Assembly (NCBI GenBank): GCA_036563975.1
Contig: DATCLK010000025.1
Span: forward strand, 1 to 58,959
Reading direction: 5' to 3'
DNA length: 58,959 bases
DNA from: Longimicrobiales bacterium
Lineage (GTDB): Bacteria; Gemmatimonadota; Gemmatimonadetes; Longimicrobiales; RSA9
In this document: one piece after another, positions 9,531 to 16,668 of the stretch
Layout: every line of letters begins with the position of its first letter
How positions within the stretch are numbered: the stretch's first letter is position 1
The notes under the pieces: model-generated
What the model was told of the DNA's origin: nothing
The model's input: the letters and a program-made list of their open reading frames with translations, nothing else
The model's database searches: none
Made by a program: the position numbers and the translations under genes

Positions 9531-11441
9531 TCAGTGCGCCGTGGTGACCTCCTCCTGGCCGTCGAAGCGCGCGCGCAAGACGGGCATCGGGCGCGGGCGC
9601 GTCATCGCCTCGGGCGAGAGGATCTCATCCAGCTCTTCGCGAGTCAGCCAGCCCTTCTCCAGTACCAGCTCGTAGACGCCCCTGTCGGTTTCCAGCGCTT
9701 CCTTGGCGACGGCGCTCGCGCGGTCGTACCCGATGAACGGGACGAGCGCGGTGACGATGCCGATGCTGCGCTCGAGCAGGTACCGGATGCGCTCGCGGTT
9801 CGCGGTGATGCCGAGCACGCACCGCTCGCGCAGCACGATGCAGGCCTGCACGAGCATGTCGATGGACTGGAAGATGTTGAAGGCGATGACGGGCTCGAAG
9901 ACGTTGAGCTGGAGCTGGCCGGCCTCGGCGGCCATCGTCACCGTGAGGTCGTTGCCGACGACCTGGTAGCAGACCTGGTTGACCACCTCGGGGATGACCG
10001 GATTGACCTTGCCCGGCATGATGCTGGAGCCCGGCTGCATGGGCGGCAGCGAGATCTCGCCGAGGCCCGCGCGCGGGCCACTGGAGAGCAGGCGGAGATC
10101 GTTGCAGATCTTGGAGAGCTTCGTCGCCACGCGTTTGAGCACGCCCGAGAGCTGGACGAAGGCGCCGGTGTCTGGCGTCGCCTCGACGAGGTCCGGGCTG
10201 GTGACGAGGGGAAGGCCGGTGATCTCGGAGAGGCGCTCGCGGACGAGGGGTGCATAGCGGGGGTCGGTGTTGATCCCCGTGCCGATGGCGGTTGCACCCA
10301 TGTTGATCTCGAGCATGAGCTTCGCCGCGTCCTGCAGCCGCTCGATGTCCTTGCCCAGCGTGACGCCGAAGGCGTGGAACTCCTGGCCGAGGGTCATGGG
10401 CACGGCGTCCTGGAGCTGGGTACGGCCGATCTTGACGATGTCCGCGAACTCGTCGGCCTTTTGCAGGAATGCGTCACGCAGGGCGGCGAGCGCGTCCACG
10501 AGCTCGGCGAGCGCCCAGGTCGCTGCGATCTTGAGCGCCGTGGGATAGACGTCGTTGGTGGATTGCGAGAGGTTGACGTGGTTGTTGGGGTGGACGATGT
10601 GGTACTCGCCGCGGCGCCGGCCGAGCAGCTCGAGCGCGCGATTCGCGATGACTTCGTTGGCGTTCATGTTGGTGGACGTGCCGGCACCGCCCTGGATGAC
10701 GTCCACGACGAACTGATCGTGCAGCGCTCCGCTGCGGATCTCGCGACACGCGGCGATGATGGCGTCGGCGATGCGTTCGTCGAGCAGGCCGAGCTCGCGG
10801 TTGGCAAGGGCGGCGGCCTCCTTGACGGCGGCGAGAGCGTTGATGAGGTGCGGGTACTGCGCGATGGTGATGCCGGTGATGGGGAAGTTCTCGACGGCGC
10901 GCAGCGTCTGGATGCCGTAGTATTCGCGGTCGGGGACCTCGCGTTCTCCGAGCAGGTCCTTCTCGCGCCGCAGCTCGCCGGACAGGTAGACCTGCTCGCG
11001 GCCGGCCAAGCGGGCGTTGGCGGCGCGCAGGCGACTCGCGATGATCTGGGCCGCGGCGATGGCGAGCCGGGCGTAGAGCGCGGGCCGCTCCTCGGCGATG
11101 CGCGTGATCGCCGCGCGAGGAAGCTCGACGGCCTCTACGGGTTCGGTGACGTAAGCGGATGTCGAGTGCGGATAGTCGTCCAGCAGCGTGCCCTCGGCGT
11201 AGGAATCGCCGGGGCCGAGCACCGCGAGGACCCGGTCGTGGCCGCGGTGCCGCTTGCGGATCTCGACCCGGCCGCGGATCAGGATGCCGAATTCGCGGCG
11301 GGGTTGGTTCTCGCGAAAGATGTAAGCGCCGGGTAGGTAGCAGATGACGCGTGCGAGCGAAGCCAGGTACTCGCGGTCCTCGGGCTGCACCTGCCGGCTG
11401 ATCACGTGGTTGCGGAGGGTCTTGAGGATGACGTCCTGCAT
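9531..11441 (-). CDS. aspA: cyclic-nucleotide-binding domain fused to class II aspartate ammonia-lyase (aspartase)
   Basis: Residues 1-150 carry a CAP-family cNMP-binding fold (GILIRGRVEI...LGPGDSYAEGTLLDDYPHSTSAYV). The remainder is aspartase/fumarase class II with the signature GSSIMPGKVNPVIPEVVNQ, plus KDLLGEREVP...YYGIQTLRAVENFPI. ATG at 11439-11441. Confidence 0.85.
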   Translation of the reverse strand: MQDVILKTLRNHVISRQVQPEDREYLASLARVICYLPGAYIFRENQPRREFGILIRGRVEIRKRHRGHDRVLAVLGPGDSYAEGTLLDDYPHSTSAYVTEPVEAVELPRAAITRIAEERPALYARLAIAAAQIIASRLRAANARLAGREQVYLSGELRREKDLLGEREVPDREYYGIQTLRAVENFPITGITIAQYPHLINALAAVKEAAALANRELGLLDERIADAIIAACREIRSGALHDQFVVDVIQGGAGTSTNMNANEVIANRALELLGRRRGEYHIVHPNNHVNLSQSTNDVYPTALKIAATWALAELVDALAALRDAFLQKADEFADIVKIGRTQLQDAVPMTLGQEFHAFGVTLGKDIERLQDAAKLMLEINMGATAIGTGINTDPRYAPLVRERLSEITGLPLVTSPDLVEATPDTGAFVQLSGVLKRVATKLSKICNDLRLLSSGPRAGLGEISLPPMQPGSSIMPGKVNPVIPEVVNQVCYQVVGNDLTVTMAAEAGQLQLNVFEPVIAFNIFQSIDMLVQACIVLRERCVLGITANRERIRYLLERSIGIVTALVPFIGYDRASAVAKEALETDRGVYELVLEKGWLTREELDEILSPEAMTRPRPMPVLRARFDGQEEVTTAH

Positions 11442-11657
11442 GGGATCCTGTTCGTGCGGAAACGAGGGTGTCGTGGCAGACCGCCGGGGCGGGGAAACCG
11501 CCTGCTGCTTCGTGGAGGGAAATTAGCCGCAGCGCCATCGGCGCGCCACAACGGACAGGTGAAGCGCAAGGCGCGAGCGCGGAGCGTCAGCGCGCGAGCC
11601 GGGGCGGCGGGTTCGATCCGCGGCGGCGCAGACGCGGACGGGCGCGGCGCAGCGGGC

Positions 11658-12395
11658 TCACCGCGCGCCCGACATCCGCGGGCGGGGCGGGATCCGCTTG
11701 CGGACCGCCGGCTCGCTCGGCGCGCCATCGTGCGGGGCCGCGAGGCGGGCGCGGACGTGATCGAGCAGCTGCTCGGGGCGACGGAGGCCCAGGATGAGCT
11801 CGTCGTTGACGTAGATCGCGGGCACGTGTCCGGGGGCCAGATCGCGGGCGGCGAGCGCGTCCTCCTCGACCTCACGCGCGATGGCCGGGTCGGAGAGGCA
11901 GCGGGCGAAGCCGGCGGTGTCGAGGCCGAGCGCGGCAGCGTACACGATGAACTTCGGCTCGGGCGGCTCGCCCTGGCTCCATTCGGCGACGCGCTCCGCG
12001 AGGAGGCGATGCATGTCCCACTGCTTGCCGTCACGTGCTGCGCAGTAGGAGGCGCGCGCGGCGGCGGGCCCGCGGCGATGCGCGCGGAGCGGCGCGTGGA
12101 TGTGGACGTAGCGGAGCCGGCCTTCCGCCGCCCAGTGCCGTAGCCGGGCGCCGGCCTCTTCATCGAGCCAGCGGCACGCGGCGCACTGGAAGTCGCTGAA
12201 GATACGGACGACGACGGCGGCATCGGCGGGCCCGACCGCGACGCCGGCGTGGCGCGTCCGTTCGGCGATAGCCTGCCCGATACGCATCGTGCGGATGGAT
12301 GGCTCGCGGGTCACGGCGAACGTCGCTGCGAGCATCGCTGCTGCGCCGGCTGCGATGATGACGAGGATGGCGGTCGTGAACGCGCGGGTGCTCAT
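11658..12395 (-). CDS. membrane-anchored DsbA/thioredoxin-fold thiol:disulfide oxidoreductase
   Basis: Start MSTRAFTTAILVIIAAGAAAMLAATFAV, a TM anchor. CxxC active site in FSDFQCAACRWL. DsbA-like C-terminus. ATG at 12393-12395 chosen over the upstream extension. Confidence 0.75.
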   Translation of the reverse strand: MSTRAFTTAILVIIAAGAAAMLAATFAVTREPSIRTMRIGQAIAERTRHAGVAVGPADAAVVVRIFSDFQCAACRWLDEEAGARLRHWAAEGRLRYVHIHAPLRAHRRGPAAARASYCAARDGKQWDMHRLLAERVAEWSQGEPPEPKFIVYAAALGLDTAGFARCLSDPAIAREVEEDALAARDLAPGHVPAIYVNDELILGLRRPEQLLDHVRARLAAPHDGAPSEPAVRKRIPPRPRMSGAR

Positions 12396-12477
12396 GCGGG
12401 TGTCGCTCCTGGCAGCGAAGTGCGCGGCGCCTGCCGCTGTGGCAAGCCCAGCAGGGCCTGCCACAGCGGCTCACGGA

Positions 12478-12765
12478 TCACCCCAGCGACAGCGAGGAGC
12501 TGCACGCGACGTCGATTCGGTCGCCATTCGACCCGATATAGACGCCCACCTGCGTCGAGAGGGTCATCCGCACGGTCACGATCGAGGTGCCCACCCAGAC
12601 GGGAGCGTTGAACTGCTCCCGGACTTCGTAGCTCCCGACGAGCGTCCACGTCCCCCCGCCGCTGCCGAGCGAGACCTCCGACGGGCAGTCCGCACGAGCG
12701 CTGGTGGCGAGCGCGAGGACGAGCGCGAGGGCGGACACGGCGGCTGGCAATCTGGAACGGCGCAT
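12478..12765 (-). CDS. small secreted 2-Cys protein, paralog A (95 aa precursor)
   Basis: Signal peptide MRRSRLPAAVSALALVLALATSARA followed immediately by DC. The mature part is about 70 aa, Gly/Ser/Thr/Val-rich, with a second Cys near the C-terminus (DVACSSS). ATG at 12763-12765. Confidence 0.6.
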   Translation of the reverse strand: MRRSRLPAAVSALALVLALATSARADCPSEVSLGSGGGTWTLVGSYEVREQFNAPVWVGTSIVTVRMTLSTQVGVYIGSNGDRIDVACSSSLSLG

Positions 12766-12818
12766 GGGAAACCCCCCGGTATGGCCCGCAGGTGCGGGCA
12801 CGTGTAGGTCGCGCCCGC

Positions 12819-13002
12819 GAGCCGCACCGGGTACTGCACGGTTCAGGGCTCGATTCGCTGCCGGTGCGGCCGGTCCGGGGAGGTGCGGGAGCCGGCCGGG
12901 ATGCATCCGGTTCATCTGGTGGCCACGCGGTCCGGCGTCGTCGTCGAGCCGGGCCGGCGCGTCTCGCGGCGGCCGTGGAGGAGTCACGCGGCGTGCCGGG
13001 AA
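12819..13002 (-). promoter_or_regulatory. conserved non-coding leader, copy A (about 180 nt, hairpin with CCUCC-containing loop in mRNA sense)
   Basis: Near-identical to 14860..15041. About 90% identity by eye over the central 140 nt, with one indel and a short divergent patch. Same orientation and same gap of about 55 nt to the downstream start codon. Contains the stem CGGCCGG/CCGGCCG at 12867-12873 and 12892-12898 around an 18-nt loop. Confidence 0.5.
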
Positions 13003-13362
13003 GCGAGGGCGCCGCCGGTCGTCCGTAACTCGTTGTGGCGCTTGGACGCGAGCGCCGTCCTCGCCCGGTGGAGCCATGCGCTGTGGGGACAGGCGGCGCG
13101 CATTGGCCAGCCGGTTCCGGACACTTCCGGTCAACGCGACTTCGGCAGGCCGCCATGCGTCGTGGAAGTGGATCGAGGCGGTGAGCGAGCGCGGCTCCGC
13201 CGCGGGCGTGCGGCGTTGCCGGCGCAAGAAAGAACAGCGCCTGCACGCGCGGCGCTGCGCAGCGCGTGCAGGCATGATTGCGGCCCGATCAGCCACGCCG
13301 CAGCGGGGGCGGTGGCATTCGGCTCCTGAGCCGCTGTCGGCGCAGGAACGCGCGCGGCCGGC

Positions 13363-14403
13363 TCAGCCGCGCCGGGCTTCCTCGAGGGCGAAGGCGTGGA
13401 GCCCGTCGTTCGTCACGAAGTACAGGACGTTGTCGCGCACGGTCATACTGCTGGCCCGGTGCGCGGCGTCCCATGGCCCGCTCTCGGCAGGGACACGCAC
13501 CTCGCGCAGCGTGTAGGTTGCAGGATCGATCAGGACGGCGACGACGTCTCCCGAGCTCAGTGCGATGAGCAATTGGCCGTCTGCCGTGGTCGTGAAGTCC
13601 TTGACCAGCGGCGTGTGGAGGACCCTGGTCCCCTGGCGGGCAAAGGCCTGGATCGCTTCCTGATGGCGCTGACGGATCGGGTCCAGCAGCCGGTCGGGCA
13701 GGCGGGCGGTCCGGCGTACCTCGCCCGCCTGGTCGAGGCGGAAGAGCACGCCCTCCCGGCCGTCGAAGACGTGGAATGCGCCGTCGGGCGTACGGACGAC
13801 GAGGAACTCGTCGCGCAGGCTCGCCCGGCCGGCGTCGCCTGCCGCCTCCAGCTCGAGCGCCGGGGGACGAGGGCCCCAGGGATGGCGGTCGTCTTCGGGC
13901 GTGATGACGGTGAAGTAGGCATCCGGGGAGGCGTGGGCGACGTGATAGACGGAGCCATCGGGGCCGACGGCGAAGCTGCGCAGCAACTCGCGGAGCTGCA
14001 CCTCGCGCACCAGTTCGCCATCGGGGCGGAAGAAGGAGACGCGCTGATTCGTCAGGTCGCCGACGACGATGAGGCCGTTCCAGCTCACGAGGCCGAAGGG
14101 GGCCTGGAACTCTCCGGGCCCCGCGCCGCTGCGGCCGAAACGGTGCAGCAGGTCGAGCCGCGTGTCGAAGAGCGCGATGCGGTCGTCGTCGACGTCGGAG
14201 ACGACGAGGGTGTCGCCGAGCAGTCGGATGCGAAGCGGCCTGACGAGCGGGAACGAGTCGTCCTCGATGGCGGCGACGCGTCTGGCGAGGAGCTCGCGAA
14301 CGACGAGCGGCGGCCCGCCGATGCCGGTGGTGAGTTCGTCACGGGAGTCGAGTGCGCTGCAGGCCGCGAGGAGTGGCAGGGCGAGGAGGATGCGGGTGCG
14401 CAT
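13363..14403 (-). CDS. lipoprotein with NHL/beta-propeller-type repeats
   Basis: Start MRTRILLALPLLAACSALDS, with lipobox LAAC. Repeated motifs of the form DGxLxVxD / GxGPGEFxxPxGL typical of NHL/TolB-like propeller blades. This is the true gene inside the artefactual 1011-aa track ORF 13363..16398. Confidence 0.7.
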   Translation of the reverse strand: MRTRILLALPLLAACSALDSRDELTTGIGGPPLVVRELLARRVAAIEDDSFPLVRPLRIRLLGDTLVVSDVDDDRIALFDTRLDLLHRFGRSGAGPGEFQAPFGLVSWNGLIVVGDLTNQRVSFFRPDGELVREVQLRELLRSFAVGPDGSVYHVAHASPDAYFTVITPEDDRHPWGPRPPALELEAAGDAGRASLRDEFLVVRTPDGAFHVFDGREGVLFRLDQAGEVRRTARLPDRLLDPIRQRHQEAIQAFARQGTRVLHTPLVKDFTTTADGQLLIALSSGDVVAVLIDPATYTLREVRVPAESGPWDAAHRASSMTVRDNVLYFVTNDGLHAFALEEARRG

Positions 14404-14471
14404 GGTGCCTCGTCGGGTTGGGGTCTGATGCTGTCGGGCGGCCGGTCGAGCCGGCCGCCCGAGCCGCACGA

Positions 14472-14807
14472 TCAGCGCCGGCTGTAGTTCCTGCAGTCCA
14501 CCTCCCAGATCTCGCCGTTGCTCATCTGATAGTGGCCGATCTGATACGTGTACGTGATCGTGTTGGTCCGGGTGTACGAGCCGGAGCCCGAGGCGCCGGC
14601 CCCGCCCGGCCCGCTGACGCCTGCGCTGAAGGTCACCGTCTGGGTGACGGTCTCGGTCACCGTCGTGGTCCCGAGCAGGGTGCCGGTATTGGGCGAACTG
14701 TTGATGCCGGTGGAGATGTAGGGAGCGCAGTCCGCCCATGCCCGGGCGGCGACAGCGAGGACGAGGGCGAGGGCGGGCGCGACGGTGCGCAGAGTGGTGC
14801 GATTCAT
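14472..14807 (-). CDS. small secreted 2-Cys protein, paralog B (111 aa precursor)
   Basis: Signal peptide MNRTTLRTVAPALALVLAVAARAWA followed by DC. Thr/Gly/Ser-rich mature part (TTTVTETVTQTVTF...) with a C-terminal Cys (EVDCRNY). Same architecture as 12478..12765. ATG at 14805-14807. Confidence 0.6.
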   Translation of the reverse strand: MNRTTLRTVAPALALVLAVAARAWADCAPYISTGINSSPNTGTLLGTTTVTETVTQTVTFSAGVSGPGGAGASGSGSYTRTNTITYTYQIGHYQMSNGEIWEVDCRNYSRR

Positions 14808-14859
14808 GGGACGCCTCCCGATGGGGCCCGCGAGGCGGGCGTTGGTCGTTTCTGCCATC

Positions 14860-15041
14860 GAGCCGCACCGGGCAGAGGAGTCCGGGCTCGTGCGGCTGCC
14901 GGCTGCGGCCGGTCCGGGGAGGTGCGGGAGCCGGCCGGGATGCATCCGGTTCGTCTGGTGGCCACGCGGTCCGGCGTCGTCGTCGACCCGGGCCGGCGCG
15001 TCTCGCGGCGTGCGTGTCGAAGTCACGCGGCGTGCCGGGAG
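14860..15041 (-). promoter_or_regulatory. conserved non-coding leader, copy B
   Basis: See copy A. Lies between the sigma54 activator stop (15140) and the paralog B start (14807). The same hairpin is present at 14908-14914 / 14933-14939 (CGGCCGG / CCGGCCG). Confidence 0.5.
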
Positions 15042-15139
15042 GCCACACGGGCGCGCTGATTCGTGCAAGGGCCCATGACTCAAGGAATTGATGGCGGCTC
15101 GTGCGTTTTGGGGCCATAGCTCGACGGGACACGCGGTGG

Positions 15140-16309
15140 TCAGCGGCCGGCCGCTTCCGGCTGCTTGTGGGCATCGAGGCCGAGGTGCCGGAGCTTGAGG
15201 CGAAGCGTGTTGCGGGCCATGCCGAGGGCGGCGGCAGCGCGGGTCTTGTTGCCGCGGCAGAGGCGGAGTGCTTCCTCGATGCGGCGGCGCTCTTCGTCCG
15301 CAGAGCCGTAGAAGGAGTAGCGGACGCGGGGGAGTATGCGATGCGCGCGTGCGCCGTCGGTGTCCGGCAGGCCCGTGGCGGCGGTGCCGGGTGGCAGCGC
15401 GGCGTAGGGCGCGAGGTGCTGAGGTTGAGGCGCGAGGTGCTCGTGGATCGCGGGCGCGTGACCATGGGGCGGTGGCGGGCTGGTGAGGGTGGTGGGGAGG
15501 TGTGCGACGCCGATGGTGGCGGAGTCGCAAGCGAGGACGGCGGCCTCGACGGCGTGGGCGAGCTCGCGGATGTTGCCGGGCCAGGTGTAGGCGTGCATGC
15601 GTGCGAGTGCAGCAGGAGAGAAGGCGCGGGCGGGCCTCTGGTAGCGCGCGGCGTAGTGATCGAGGAAGTGACGCGCGAGGAACTCGAGGTCGCCGTCGCG
15701 GTCGCGGAGCGGGGGCAGGCGGTAGGAGAGCACGAGCAGGCGATGGTAGAGATCGCGGCGGAAGCGGCGTTCGGCGACGGCGCGCTCGAGGTCCACGCCG
15801 GCGGCGGCGATGATGCGGACGTCCACGCGCAGCGTCCGTTCGCCGCCGAGGCGGCGGATCTCTCCGTCCTCGAGCGCGGTGAGGAGCTTGGCCTGGAGCG
15901 AAAGCGGCAGCTCTCCGACCTCGTCCAGGAAGAGTGTGCCGGCGCTGGCCTGCTCGAAGAGGCCGCGGTGGGCCTGGTGGGCGCCGGTGAACGCGCCGCG
16001 GGTGTGGCCGAAGAACTCGCTTTCGAAGAGGGTTTCCGGCACCCCGGCGCAATTGATGGCGACGAAGGGTGCGCGGGCGCGGCGCGAGCATTCGTGGATG
16101 GCGCGGGCGAGGAGGCCCTTGCCGGTTCCGGTCTCGCCGGTGAGGAGGACGGGGGCGTCGACGGCCGCGGCGCGGCGGCCGAACTCACGGAGCGCGGCGG
16201 CGGCGGCGCTGCGTCCCAGGATGCGATCGAGGGCGTCCACGGGTCGGTTCGGGGAATCGGTTTGCGGGTGTCGCGGCGCAGGATGGCGTGGCGGGCTGGG
16301 CGAGGCCAT
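15140..16309 (-). CDS. sigma54-dependent transcriptional activator (AAA+ EBP with Fis-type HTH) lacking an N-terminal sensory domain
   Basis: Walker [15 protein letters not shown] motif ([12 protein letters not shown]). Arginine-finger region. C-terminal HTH ([26 protein letters not shown]). The AAA+ core begins about 25 aa after the chosen ATG (16307-16309). The further upstream in-frame sequence is Pro/Arg junk. Confidence 0.85.
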   Translation of the reverse strand: MASPSPPRHPAPRHPQTDSPNRPVDALDRILGRSAAAAALREFGRRAAAVDAPVLLTGETGTGKGLLARAIHECSRRARAPFVAINCAGVPETLFESEFFGHTRGAFTGAHQAHRGLFEQASAGTLFLDEVGELPLSLQAKLLTALEDGEIRRLGGERTLRVDVRIIAAAGVDLERAVAERRFRRDLYHRLLVLSYRLPPLRDRDGDLEFLARHFLDHYAARYQRPARAFSPAALARMHAYTWPGNIRELAHAVEAAVLACDSATIGVAHLPTTLTSPPPPHGHAPAIHEHLAPQPQHLAPYAALPPGTAATGLPDTDGARAHRILPRVRYSFYGSADEERRRIEEALRLCRGNKTRAAAALGMARNTLRLKLRHLGLDAHKQPEAAGR

Positions 16310-16668
16310 AGGTGGACGGGTCGGTGCGCCGCCCGGGGGCTCGTGGGTGCCGACGCGCGGTGCGGGACGTGCGAGCGGCTCGGGCCGTCGCGAACCACGG
16401 GCGGCCGAGCGCCGGGGAGAACGCCCGCGACGGCAGATCGGGCAAGGGTGGCGCTGTCCCCGCCTCAAGGTTAGGTTTGGGGCGAATCGTTTTCATTGAA
16501 TCTGGAGGTCGGACGGGCGCCCGGAGGGGTCGCCCGGCACGAAGATAGATCGGGGCGCCGTCGGCGCGCGTCGGCCTCGAGCGAGGCGATTCGCGCGGCG
16601 GGGCGGCGGGCCCATTGTTCCGGGCGGTGGGGGAGCTGCCCGGTGGCGCGAACCAGGAGATCGTCGAG

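Noticed and set aside
12478-13296. Possibility that the conserved leaders encode N-terminal extensions of the small secreted proteins (both are in frame without stops)
   Set aside because: The translation upstream of each Met-signal-peptide is Pro/Arg/Gly low-complexity with no hydrophobic core. An ATG preceding a canonical signal peptide at a fixed distance is the simpler model. The possibility is kept as a caveat in the findings.
13363-16398. 1011-aa minus-strand ORF spanning three genes and two intergenic regions
   Set aside because: Run-through artefact of high GC. Only the C-terminal 346 aa (the lipoprotein from MRTRILLALPLLAAC) are protein-like. The remainder is Pro/Ala/Arg/Ser low-complexity and overlaps the separately supported small-protein and sigma54-activator genes in other frames.
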